Counted from the first letter of the stretch, positions 42,339-52,934 are shown. The stretch: 64,000 bases of DNA from an uncultured Chroococcidiopsis sp. (GCA_964248365.1 CAXTYC010000012.1:1-64000), one strand, 5' to 3'. The notes: generated from the sequence alone by a model not told the origin. Translations and numbers: made by a program.

Positions 42339-43232
42339 TTATTCCCTAAATTCTGAAGCTACAATCATCGAGCCGATACCGCCGTCGGTGAGAATCTCCA
42401 GTAAAAGGGCGTGGGGAATGCGACCGTCAATGATGTGAGCTGCTCGTACACCTTGGGCAAGCGATCGCACACAGCACTGCACTTTGGGAATCATACCTCC
42501 GCCCACTACTCCAGACGCAATCAATGCACGGGCTTCTTGAATATCTAACCTGGGCATGAGAGTAGAAGGGTCTTTATAGTCCTTCAAGATTCCCGATGTG
42601 TCAGTCAGCAAAATTAACTTTTCCGCCCCTAAAGCTGCCGCCAGTTCCCCAGCAACAGTATCAGCGTTGACATTATAAGCCTGCCCCTTGTCGTCCGCCG
42701 CTACACTCGATACGACGGGAATATACCCATCCTTGAGCAGGGACTCTAACAGCCGCACATCCATACTAGTAACTTCCCCAACAAAGCCAATTCCCTCTCG
42801 ACCTTCTGGGCGGGCTTTGATCAAATTACCATCCTTACCGCAAAGCCCTACAGCAGAGCCACCAGCACGGCTAATTAAGGAAACAAGTTCTTTATTCACC
42901 CGCCCAACCAAAACCATCTCCACCACATCCATTGTGGGGGCATCTGTCACCCGCAGACCATGCTTAAATTGCGGCTCAATACCCAGCTTATCTAGCCAGC
43001 TATTAATTTCAGGACCACCCCCATGAACTACAACTGGGCGCACTCCCACGCAAGCTAAGAACACAATATCGCGGATGACTTTATCTTTGAGGGAGCCATC
43101 TTTCATTGCTGCGCCGCCATACTTGACGACAACAATTCGATCTTTAAATTGTTGGATGTAGGGTAGTGCTTCGCTCAGCACTCGCACACGAGTTGCTTCA
43201 GTCTCCCTAATGTATTCGCTATCGTTGATCAT
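42339..43232 (-). CDS. argB: Acetylglutamate kinase
   Basis: [26 protein letters not shown] and GGMIPKV motifs. Confidence 0.97.
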   Translation of the reverse strand: MINDSEYIRETEATRVRVLSEALPYIQQFKDRIVVVKYGGAAMKDGSLKDKVIRDIVFLACVGVRPVVVHGGGPEINSWLDKLGIEPQFKHGLRVTDAPTMDVVEMVLVGRVNKELVSLISRAGGSAVGLCGKDGNLIKARPEGREGIGFVGEVTSMDVRLLESLLKDGYIPVVSSVAADDKGQAYNVNADTVAGELAAALGAEKLILLTDTSGILKDYKDPSTLMPRLDIQEARALIASGVVGGGMIPKVQCCVRSLAQGVRAAHIIDGRIPHALLLEILTDGGIGSMIVASEFRE

Positions 43233-43471
43233 GAACCGCTTTTAGGATGCTAATGAAGATTGAGAGCAGTTTAAAGGAGATTGCGTCGAGCAACAATGTC
43301 ATTTGCAACAGTTTGGGAAGAAAAGGGGCTAGGGGCTAGGGGCGCTCTTGCTAGGGAGATGGACAAGATGGACAAGATGGACAAGATGGGGAGAAATCCC
43401 CTCCTATCACCTCACCATCCCATCCCCTCATCCTCTTCTAGCCCTAGCCCCTAGCCTCTAGCCCCTAGCCC

Positions 43472-44800
43472 CTAGATATTTGTCAGCAGCCTTGCTTTTG
43501 TGAGAACAAATTTAAGTAAAGTTTCTTCTTGGGAGATGATATCGGCTGTAACTTCCATACCAGATTTGAGGGGATAGGTGCGATCGCCCTTGACTAGAAA
43601 AGGTCTTTCTGGCTCGATGGTTACTTCATAGTAAGGGGCAGCAGCTGCACCCGTCAAAGGTGTAATCGAGTCAGGAGAAATTGCTCTCACAGCACCTCGA
43701 AGTATGCCGTAGTCAGGATAAGGGTAAGCGGAAATTCGCATTTGCACTTTACCCTTTTGACAGTCTGTGACTGCTCGTTGTTCACACACTTGAATTCTGC
43801 TAATATCCTGAGCCGCCACCCGTGCTTTTACCACAAGAGTGGCATTTCCAGGGGCGATTTGGGCAATGGATTGTCCAGCACTCACCACCTGACCTGGGTT
43901 TCGCAAATCTAGTTTAAGAATTTTACCAGCGTCAGGACTACGAAATACAGTTTTTTTCAGATCTGTCTCTACTTGTCGTAGATCTTTTACATTGCGGTTG
44001 ATTTCATTGTGAAGGGCAATTTGACGCTGGAGCAAAACCTCTTGTTCTTTATCCAAGGTGGCTAAGGTGACTTCACCCCTTACCCGTTCTTGAGCAATCC
44101 GTTCTTGGGCGACTGACACAGATGCTACAGTAGGATTTAAGGCAGCTTTTGCGCCTTCGAGTTTGGCTTGCGCTGCAACGAATGCTTGTTCTTTTTCCTT
44201 TATTTGCAGTTGTGGAACAGCTCCTGTGGAAGCCAGTTGGTGATATTGTTCCATCTGCACTTTGGCTAACTCCATAGCCGCTAGAGCTTCTTTTACTTGT
44301 GTGCCAGTTGTAATTTGCCGCTCTTTATATTCTCTTTGATTGCGTTGCAGATCCGCTTGAGCAGAGGCGATATTGTGGTTCATCAAGCTCAGTTCAAAAT
44401 CCCGCTGGTTTTTAAGGGATAGCATCTGAGCATCGATTTGAGCCAGTTGCAATTGACTATTTTGGATATTCCCTGCTAGCTGGTTCTTTTTGGTTTGAAG
44501 TTGAGAATCGTCAATAGTAGCGATCGCATCTCCGGTTTTAACAGAAGAGTTTTCTTTCACCAAGATACGGTTAACCGATCCTGCCGATTCTGCTTGGACT
44601 ATCCGCACTTCTCCGGCTGGACGCACAGTAGCAGCTGCTTTGACTGTGACTTTGTACTGCACAAAAGCAGCCAACGCAAACGCTGCACCCACTGTCCCAA
44701 CTAAAAACAATCCACCTAATGTTGTCCAAAGACTGATCGGGGGGAGAAACTCGTCACTGCGAATTGGGCGAACTAAAGCAGGATTAGTGTCATTAAGCAT
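43472..44800 (-). CDS. HlyD-family membrane fusion protein (type I export adaptor)
   Basis: N-terminal TM, lipoyl halves, coiled coil; AYPYPDYG and GMEVTADI motifs. Confidence 0.92.
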   Translation of the reverse strand: MLNDTNPALVRPIRSDEFLPPISLWTTLGGLFLVGTVGAAFALAAFVQYKVTVKAAATVRPAGEVRIVQAESAGSVNRILVKENSSVKTGDAIATIDDSQLQTKKNQLAGNIQNSQLQLAQIDAQMLSLKNQRDFELSLMNHNIASAQADLQRNQREYKERQITTGTQVKEALAAMELAKVQMEQYHQLASTGAVPQLQIKEKEQAFVAAQAKLEGAKAALNPTVASVSVAQERIAQERVRGEVTLATLDKEQEVLLQRQIALHNEINRNVKDLRQVETDLKKTVFRSPDAGKILKLDLRNPGQVVSAGQSIAQIAPGNATLVVKARVAAQDISRIQVCEQRAVTDCQKGKVQMRISAYPYPDYGILRGAVRAISPDSITPLTGAAAAPYYEVTIEPERPFLVKGDRTYPLKSGMEVTADIISQEETLLKFVLTKARLLTNI

Positions 44801-45434
44801 CAGCTAACAACCTATTATTCTCAACAACTACAACAAACGAGAATTGAGTAGCAAGCAAATTGTCTATTCAAATTTAGTGTAATCTTCAAATTTTCCTATC
44901 TACCCACATAAACCTCAATTTTATCCAATAAGTAATTTTAAACGTAGTTGCCCTACGCATAAGTGGTAACTATTTTTACCTTTTCCAAAAAAAATTTCTT
45001 AACATCCGTATTAATTCTGCCTTAGTGACAGTAATTAGACGATTGTAGCTTCCAGACCATACCGATAAAATCCTCTCTAGCAAAATAGCATTACAACCAC
45101 ATCCTACTCAAAATGTACTTGTATAAATTTATATATTATTATTTTTTTTGTAGCAAATAAATATCAGTACACTCGCATCTTGCTAGATAGGTGGTTGTAG
45201 ATCCGTGTATACTTTGTATGCTGTTAAAATAGAAGCAAATTAAATATTTATTAGTAAAGTTAATATGAGTTAATCTCGGCTTAATATTCTATTAACTTAT
45301 ATTAAGAAGTAGCAATTTAAACTTGATTTGGCTGTTGTTTAATTTATAGTTAATCATTAAGGTAGAAATGTAATTGAAGTAACAATTTAAACCTGCCCCA
45401 AATACCTTAAGTTTGAATAGAAGGAGACTTCACA

Positions 45435-45617
45435 ATGTCTAATAGTTCTGCATTATTTTCTGACTCTGAGAGCTTCATGGGATTTGTTCAAGATTTGTCA
45501 GAACAAGAAGAGCTAGCACTCGCAGGTGGAACAGGCGGTTGTGGCAGCGGCAAGAGCGGCAAGAACAAGAGCAAGAACAAGAACAAGTCTGGCAACTGCG
45601 GCTGCGGCTGTCCCTAA
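45435..45617 (+). CDS. RiPP precursor peptide with double-glycine leader
   Basis: AAGGAG RBS; leader ending DLSEQEELALAGG; core TGGCGSGKSGKNKSKNKNKSGNCGCGCP; neighbours a C39 transporter. Confidence 0.88.
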   Translation: MSNSSALFSDSESFMGFVQDLSEQEELALAGGTGGCGSGKSGKNKSKNKNKSGNCGCGCP

Positions 45618-45718
45618 TCTCTGCCATTGAAACCTTTAATACAGTACTGTAATAGCCATATCTTTTAGCTTAGGTAAATTAATACACCTAGCTTAAGTAG
45701 GCTATGTAGATCAAGAAT

Positions 45719-45764
45719 AGGGTTTTTACCATCGTGCAATACCGATGTTAAGAACCCTTTTTTT
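45719..45764 (+). terminator. Intrinsic terminator after the precursor
   Basis: agggtttttaccatcg-N8-cgatgttaagaaccct followed by a T-run. Confidence 0.65.
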
Positions 45765-45840
45765 GTCAAATTGGAAGTACTCATAGAGAAATTTAGATGT
45801 AAACGAGCTTTTTGAGTAAAGCTTTAAGGAATTCTTGACC

Positions 45841-47040
45841 ATGAGTTTTTTGTTAAGCTCTCAAAATGTTTTAGAATATCTAAATGAAAAAGGGCTGTGT
45901 GACCAAGAGCAACATCTTAGTCAAATCAAAGAGAAAAGCTCTAAAAACTTCAATTTGCTAGTGAGCTTTACTAACGATCGCCACCTGTTAATTAAGCAAG
46001 AACTTCAAGATCGAGAAGGAAAAACTAAGAAATATTTTTTGGATGAATGGGGTATTCATGCTCTGTTACAAAATTTTTCAGAATTAAGCTCTATTTGCTC
46101 AAGAATATCAGAAGCTATTCATTTTGATCCTGAATGTTCAATTATTGTTTTTAATTACCTTATTAACTATTGGGACTTAACCGATTTTTACGCCCAAGAG
46201 CAGATTTTTCCAACAGAAATCGCCTCGTCAATTGGAGCGGCGATCGCTACCATTCATCGTAGTACTATAGACACTGAGCAATACAAAAGCTTTCTAGCTC
46301 AAAGTTGTAAAAAACAGTCGATTGACCGTATTCCTAACTTACTGCGTGGGCTAGAACGAATTGAACCGGAAGTCTTTGGCTCCGTTTGTTTAGATGGAAT
46401 CCAGTTTTTTGTACTTTATCAGCTATATGAGAGTTTGGGAAGTGCGATCGCTGAACTTAACGCTGCTTTCCAACCCTGCTGTTTAACACACAATGACCTG
46501 AAGCTGGATAACATTTTAGTGCATAGAGATTTCATCTCGCGTTACCAGGCTGAGCCTGATAATGATATTTCTAGCATGAATGGCATTGTGCGACTAATTG
46601 ATTGGGAACACAGCAGATGGGGAGATCCCGCCTTTGATTTAGGAATGCTTATCGCCAGCTACCTAAAAATTTGGCTGGGTAGCTTGGTTATCAATGCAGA
46701 TATGGATATTGAGACATCCCTAGCAAGCGCTATAACTCCACTCGAACAAGTCCAACCCTCGATTGTTGCCTTAGCTAGAGCTTATTTCCACCATTTTCCA
46801 GAAATCTTAGAGCGTCGCCCTGATTTTTTCAAACGAGTAATGCAATTTACTGGTTTTGCCTTGATTAACACAATTCAAGCAAAGCTCGAATACCGAGAAA
46901 CTTTCGACAATACAGGTATTTGTATGCTTCAGGTGGCAAAAACTTTGTTATGCCGCCCAGAACAATCAGTCCCAATTGTTTTTGGCACAACAGCATTGGA
47001 ACAATTGGTAAAAGGGGCAAGGGAAAAGGTTAAAGGATGA
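45841..47040 (+). CDS. APH-family kinase (LanK-like)
   Basis: LLIKQE, THNDLKLDNIL, LIDWE and WGDPAFDLG motifs. Confidence 0.85.
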   Translation: MSFLLSSQNVLEYLNEKGLCDQEQHLSQIKEKSSKNFNLLVSFTNDRHLLIKQELQDREGKTKKYFLDEWGIHALLQNFSELSSICSRISEAIHFDPECSIIVFNYLINYWDLTDFYAQEQIFPTEIASSIGAAIATIHRSTIDTEQYKSFLAQSCKKQSIDRIPNLLRGLERIEPEVFGSVCLDGIQFFVLYQLYESLGSAIAELNAAFQPCCLTHNDLKLDNILVHRDFISRYQAEPDNDISSMNGIVRLIDWEHSRWGDPAFDLGMLIASYLKIWLGSLVINADMDIETSLASAITPLEQVQPSIVALARAYFHHFPEILERRPDFFKRVMQFTGFALINTIQAKLEYRETFDNTGICMLQVAKTLLCRPEQSVPIVFGTTALEQLVKGAREKVKG

Positions 47041-47207
47041 AGGATAAAGGATAAAGGTTGTAGCGAGCGCGATCCCGTTGGCGTTAGCCGCACCCGTTGG
47101 GTAGGGGTAGGGTAAAGGGGAAAGAGGTATTGCGGTAAAGGATAAAAATTAAAGGTTGAAACTTCACACTTCATACTTCATACTTCATACTTCATACTTT
47201 TAGTTAT

Positions 47208-48272
47208 ATGCAATTAACCGATTCTCTACCTAATCAACTGCTCGATAGTCTGCAAGATATTGTTAAGATTGAGATTCAATCTAATTTCTGTATTAGCCAT
47301 CCAGATTACGAACCGCTAGAACTTCCGCACGAGGTAGTAACTCGTTTTCAACAACTACCAGGGGAATTCCAGCGTAAGTATCTGAGCCTACAACTGCGGA
47401 ATTTTATATATAGTATCTATTTCACAGGCGACGCACCAGCCGCTAGTATCAATAGCAGTTGCCATTCAGACAGTGCTGTAATCACGCAAAGTTCAGACTT
47501 TTACTGGCAATTACACGCGAATAATTGTGGAGAAGGCTACTTTGATTCGGGCTGGTATATTCTCAAACAAGAGAGTGATGGTAGCCTTGCTGTGCAAAAG
47601 AATGGTTTAACTGTACACATTCAGCCACAGCGCCATCTCCAACCCGAAGCCTGGCTATCCAGTGTAGGCGATACAGTTGCAATCCGAATGCCTCCTAACT
47701 TAGTTGAAACCAAATTCTATATAGCCGTAGGTAATGCAGGAACGGTCAACCTTCATCGTTCAAATCGTCAGATCGAGACAGTATACATTTATTTTAATTT
47801 TACCTGTGAAGGTGCGATCGCACTTATGCGTAGTTTAACAGAGCAACTAAACTCTTTAAAAATTGCGTTTACTTTTAAAGCGCTTTTCGATCCTGCTAAT
47901 TACCCGCGCAACGACTCAGGAGTCCTCTACTTTGAGCGCAGTAATTACAATATTATCCGGCAAATTTTGCAATCTGTCTATGCAGAAAACCGAGCGCATT
48001 TTCTTTCAAACGTTCCCCTATTTACAAAGTTACTAGCACCAGGGCTGGGTTTAGCAGAAAAACCAGAATATAAAGAAACTACTGGGGAAAGATTTGGCTT
48101 GAACCGTTGTCAAATTGTTGCTGATGGCTTGTTAGATGCGTGGGATAATGGCGATCGCACGTCTTTAGGTCGGATAAATGCAATTAGCAAACGCTTTGAC
48201 TCACACTTTATTGAATTGCAGCGTCCCTATTTAAATGCCAATGAAGATATTTACACCCCTATCTATACTTGA
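47208..48272 (+). CDS. HopA1-family protein (LanY-like phospho-Ser/Thr lyase)
   Basis: FDSGW, IYFN, FK....RNDSGVLY, FTKLLAPGLGLAE and FG.NRC motifs; follows the kinase. Confidence 0.8.
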   Translation: MQLTDSLPNQLLDSLQDIVKIEIQSNFCISHPDYEPLELPHEVVTRFQQLPGEFQRKYLSLQLRNFIYSIYFTGDAPAASINSSCHSDSAVITQSSDFYWQLHANNCGEGYFDSGWYILKQESDGSLAVQKNGLTVHIQPQRHLQPEAWLSSVGDTVAIRMPPNLVETKFYIAVGNAGTVNLHRSNRQIETVYIYFNFTCEGAIALMRSLTEQLNSLKIAFTFKALFDPANYPRNDSGVLYFERSNYNIIRQILQSVYAENRAHFLSNVPLFTKLLAPGLGLAEKPEYKETTGERFGLNRCQIVADGLLDAWDNGDRTSLGRINAISKRFDSHFIELQRPYLNANEDIYTPIYT

Positions 48273-49245
48273 CACAGACTGGCTATCTTGTCAATTTTTA
48301 AACACATTTAATCTTTCTTATCATAAAGTTACTTTTTGAAAAATTTCAAAATAATTCTACCATTATCGCCATACAACACCAACTTAAAGAAAATAATGGA
48401 AATCTAACTATACAAATATATAATGTTCAAACTGCCTGCATTTAGTAATCGAACTGTTATTGTGAAGCCATGAGCCACCTGAAAAAATTTATTTTAAGTC
48501 AGTTCAGTCAATTAAAACCTCAACAGTTTAGTACCAGCAAGGAAAGTATAAATTTTACAAGCTTGCTTTTCACTCTCTTGCTGTGAGTGAGGAATAAAAT
48601 TTTGCCAATGGCACTTGTTAGCACTCTAAGGTCAAGAGATGTTATAAATGTGGTTGGCGACGATGATGATAGCTGAGTGTTTAGTCGCTTAGATATCTCA
48701 ATAGTCTCCTTTTCAATTTAAGGTATTTTAGCAGGGAGCTTTCCTTTATCCTTCCTTACTTGTGTAAGGGTTTATTTAGAAAAGTACTCTCTGCTTTTTT
48801 TATTTTCTAAAATATAATAATAGTAACTGTCGTGTGATTAATATAAAAATGTAATTGTATATATTAATACATATAATATCAAAAGCATTATTCTTAACTG
48901 TATTTACAAACGTATAAAAAATGATAATGAATATAGCCGTGCTAACAATTCGTCTACAACAACATGAGAATATATGCATTAGATATCAATTTTATTATTA
49001 CCTAGTGCAAAGCGCTTCCCTCGTTCCCTAGCAATGTATGAACTAGAAGAAAATAAATATTTAATTTTAATAGTAGTTAAATTATTTTACTTTTTGTAGT
49101 AAATAACCACATTCTTTTGTAATATTAATTACAGGGGTTTTCTGGTTGAATGCTGCTGATTTTTGTAAGAGGCATATCAAGTAGTAATTCCTGTTTTTTT
49201 CAAGCTATAAGAATTACGGTATCAAGAAGTATCATTTGAATAACA

Positions 49246-51390
49246 ATGAAACACCGAGTTGTTCTACAGCAGAGTGAAGAAGATTGCGGGGCTGCCTGTC
49301 TTGCTTCTATTGCCAAATATTACGGACGGACTTTTACCTTGAACCGCATTCGAGAAGCGGTAGGTACTGGGCAATTGGGAACTACATTATTGGGCTTGCG
49401 GCGAGGTTCCGAGTCATTGGGTTTTAATGCTCGCTCAGTCAGAGCCGCCCCAGAAGTCTTGAGTAAGATAAATCAAATACCCCTGCCTGCAATCATTCAC
49501 TGGAAGAATAGGCACTGGGTAGTTTTATACGGCAAGCGTGGCAGAAAGTACGTAATTGCTGATCCTGCGGTTGGAATGCGTTATCTGTCCAAAGAGCAGT
49601 TAATCGAAGGTTGGACAGATTGGGTGATGCTTTTGCAAGAGCCTGATTCGATTCGCTTTTTTAGCCAATCAGAGGATAAAGTTGACAACTTTGAGCAATG
49701 GTTCAGACGTTTGTGGATGTACCGAACCATTCTCGCTGAAGCTTTGCTATGCGCGATTGTTATCGGGCTGCTATCTTTAGCTTCTCCATTCCTAATTCAA
49801 ATTCTCACAGATGATGTTTTAATTCGCGGTGATACCCAGTTGTTAGCTGGTGTTGTACTGGCGGTAATAGCGCTCAGCTTAGTGAGAAGAAGTTTGGCGC
49901 TGGTGCAAAATAATTTGATTGCTCATTTTGCTCAACGTTTAGAGTTAGGGCTAATTCTAGAGTTTGGGCAACAAATTCTCCAATTACCTCTGACTTATTA
50001 TGAAGCTCGTCGGAGTGGCGAGATTGTCAGCAGATTACGAGATATCCAAGAAATTAATCGCTTAGTCTCACGAGTCATTGTCAGTTTACCCAGTGAGTTC
50101 TTTATTGCCTTTGTTTCTTTTATTTTTATGGTTTTCTACAGCATAAAACTCACTATAACTGCTGTGTTAATTGCCCTTATTATGACTCTCTCTACTATTA
50201 TATTTCTTCCAGCACTGAGGCAAAAGACTCGTAGCTTATTAGTTTTGGAAGCAGAAAATCAAGGCGTTTTGGTAGAAACTTTTAAGGGAGCATTAACACT
50301 CAAAACCACGAGTGCAGCCCCGTCTTTTTGGGAAGAATTGCAAAGTCGATTTAGTCGGTTAGCAAATCTCACATTTGGTACTATCCAAATCAATATTATT
50401 AATAACACCTTTTCTGCATTAGTTTCTGATATTGGTAGTGTGTGCCTACTTTGGTTCGGTAGTACCTTAGTCATCGGTAAAGAGTTAACTATTGGTCAAT
50501 TGCTTGCGTTTACTAGTCTCAATCGTAATGTTTTGAATTTAATTAGTTCATTAATCGATTTTGTTGATGAATCTGCACGAATACAAACAGCTACCTCAAG
50601 ATTACAAGAAGTTATTACAGCTACACCAGAAACTCAGAATGAGGCTAGAAAACCTTGGGTAAAAATTCCTGCTAATGCTGATATTATTTGTACAAACCTG
50701 ACTTTTCATTACCCAGGTAGACTTGATTTAGTACAAGATTTTTCTTTGACAATTCCAGGTGGTAAGGTAGTCGCTTTGATTGGTAAATCAGGCTGTGGTA
50801 AGAGTACCTTATCTAAATTGATTGCAGGTTTGTATCAAATGCAGTCGGGAAATATTCGGATTGATCGATATAACATCCAAGATTTATCGATTGAATGTCT
50901 TAGACAGCAGGTAGTTCTTGTTCCTCAAGAACCACATTTTTGGAGTCGCACAATTATTGAGAACTTTCGCTTAGGTTCTCCCACTGCAACGTTTGAGCAA
51001 ATTGTCAAAGCTTGTCAAATTGCCCAGGCTGATGAGTTTATTAGTAGACTACCAGAGAAGTATCAAACTGTCTTGGGTGAGTTTGGTACGAATATTTCTG
51101 GAGGACAAAGACAAAGATTAGCGATCGCCCGTGCAATTGTCAACGATCCACCCATACTGATTTTAGATGAATCTACCGCTGGACTCGATCCTGTAAGTGA
51201 AGCACAAGTTTTAAATCAATTATTATACCATCGCCGAGGCAAAACCACAATTTTGATTAGTCACCGTCCCCGCGTGATTAATCAAGCTGATTGGATTGTA
51301 TTACTCAATCAAGGATCGTTGCAAATGCAAGGCTCTTTAGAGTCATTGCGATCGCAACCAGGCGAACATACAGACTTCATCACACCGTAA
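49246..51390 (+). CDS. Peptidase C39-containing ABC transporter (PCAT)
   Basis: QQSEEDCGAACLA, HWVV, IADP; TM domain; GKSGCGKS, ISGGQ, ILILDE. Confidence 0.95.
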   Translation: MKHRVVLQQSEEDCGAACLASIAKYYGRTFTLNRIREAVGTGQLGTTLLGLRRGSESLGFNARSVRAAPEVLSKINQIPLPAIIHWKNRHWVVLYGKRGRKYVIADPAVGMRYLSKEQLIEGWTDWVMLLQEPDSIRFFSQSEDKVDNFEQWFRRLWMYRTILAEALLCAIVIGLLSLASPFLIQILTDDVLIRGDTQLLAGVVLAVIALSLVRRSLALVQNNLIAHFAQRLELGLILEFGQQILQLPLTYYEARRSGEIVSRLRDIQEINRLVSRVIVSLPSEFFIAFVSFIFMVFYSIKLTITAVLIALIMTLSTIIFLPALRQKTRSLLVLEAENQGVLVETFKGALTLKTTSAAPSFWEELQSRFSRLANLTFGTIQINIINNTFSALVSDIGSVCLLWFGSTLVIGKELTIGQLLAFTSLNRNVLNLISSLIDFVDESARIQTATSRLQEVITATPETQNEARKPWVKIPANADIICTNLTFHYPGRLDLVQDFSLTIPGGKVVALIGKSGCGKSTLSKLIAGLYQMQSGNIRIDRYNIQDLSIECLRQQVVLVPQEPHFWSRTIIENFRLGSPTATFEQIVKACQIAQADEFISRLPEKYQTVLGEFGTNISGGQRQRLAIARAIVNDPPILILDESTAGLDPVSEAQVLNQLLYHRRGKTTILISHRPRVINQADWIVLLNQGSLQMQGSLESLRSQPGEHTDFITP

Positions 51391-51459
51391 AAATCCTCAT
51401 AAGACTTACATCTTACGACTTGTTGCAATTCTCGGTTCGTTAACCTAATTTATCTTCAA

Positions 51460-51640
51460 CTGGTATCTTGCAGCATTCTTGATCAGCATCCAGATCCGCC
51501 TTGAAAAGATTTTCAAGGCTCATAGCCCAAGTCTACTAAAGTAGACTAGCAGACAGACTTTAACCCATTTCAATGGGTTTTTGCTATGAGCCTGTGAATT
51601 AAATTCGCAGGCGGACGTTGCAACAGATGCAAGATCTCAG
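51460..51640. mobile_element. Palindrome-rich MITE, copy 2
   Basis: atcttgca...tgcaagat ends; hairpins ccttgaaaagattttcaagg, agtctactaaagtagact and aacccatttcaatgggtt. Confidence 0.6.
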
Positions 51641-51746
51641 TCCAACGTAAATATGTAATTCCACTGTTGAGATACTTGAAAACAAAGTATATATTTCAAC
51701 TAAGTAAGAAGCATTTTTTCTATCTCGGCATCAATCAAACTAAATT

Positions 51747-52833
51747 TTGATAAATACAGTTCCCATCACTCCAGATAAACTGCAAGGCTGCTTAGAGACT
51801 TTGTATAATCTTAGACTACCCGCTTTCCTACATGGAGCGCCTGGAATTGGCAAAAGTACCATTATCCGAGACTTTGCTCGTAGTCGGGGGATGGAGTTGA
51901 TTGTATTGATGCTCAGTCAAATTGAGGCGACGGATCTTAGAGGTATTCCCTATCCCGATAAAGAAACACGTACAGTCAGTTGGTTTACACCGGAGTTTTT
52001 ACCACGTCAGAACAAAGCAGGGATAATCTTTTTAGATGAGTTGTCTGGTGCAGAGCCACGCTTGCAGGTAGCGGCTTATCAGCTAATCTTGGATCGGCGT
52101 GTAGGGGAGTACGTGTTACCTGCAGATTGGTGGGTAGTGGGGGCTGGGAATAATGCCTCAGATGGGGCAATTGTATATGAGATGGGGAGTGCGCTAAGCG
52201 ATCGCTTGGTACATTTCAAAGTAGTTCCAGATGCGAAAGCTTGGATCAAATGGGCTTTGGAGAATAGGATCGCATCTTCTGTTATTACGTTTATTCAAGT
52301 CAAACCAGACTATCAAGGGCGCAACTGGTATAGGATTTACCCAATCAGATTATGCCATTAAACCGACACCGCGATCGTGGGAGCGGGTAAGCCAGGTATT
52401 AAAAACAAACCCTGCCAAACAGACTTTAGATTATCTAATTTCCGGCATTGTCGGGGAGGCTACCTGTGCTGAATTTTTTCATGTGCTAGAAGAGTTGCAA
52501 GACTGCCCTAGTGTAGAAACTTTATTACAAGCCGATCAAATTCAACTACTAGAAATCATACCTCGAACAATTCCAGGTTTATATGGTTTAACCTACAGTT
52601 TAATTGCCTATTGTCACAACTTAGATGACTTGAGAAATGCAGCCAGAATTTTAAATACTATAACTCAAATTCAAGATGAATTACCTAGAGCCGAAATTCA
52701 AGCACTAGCATTTGAGTTGTTGATGGAAAAAGCCGACAAATTCAAACTATTATTCAGTTTTGGTAAAGCACCCGAATACCAAGCTTATCGAGAAAGAGCC
52801 AAGCAGATTACTAATCTTTTAAATCACCTGTGA
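51747..52833 (+). pseudogene. MoxR-like AAA+ ATPase split by a frameshift near 52310
   Basis: GAPGIGKS, DLRGIP, IIFLDE and ALSDRL in ORF 1; PTPRSWE in ORF 2. Confidence 0.8.
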
Positions 52834-52934
52834 TTCCTGAGACGATCTAGTTACCAGGTTCAGCCAGGTAACTAGAATATCGAGGCTCCGCCTCAGTAGA
52901 TTATAAACGAATTGATTTTACTAGGATTTCATAT

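Noticed and set aside
47208..48272. Type III secretion effector (literal HopA1 annotation)
   Set aside because: No T3SS genes are in the window; the context with kinase, precursor and PCAT indicates peptide modification.
48618..48644. CIRCE element (TTAGCACTC-N9-GAGTGCTAA)
   Set aside because: The left arm is perfect but the right arm (GAGATGTTA) matches only 5 of 9, and no chaperone gene follows.
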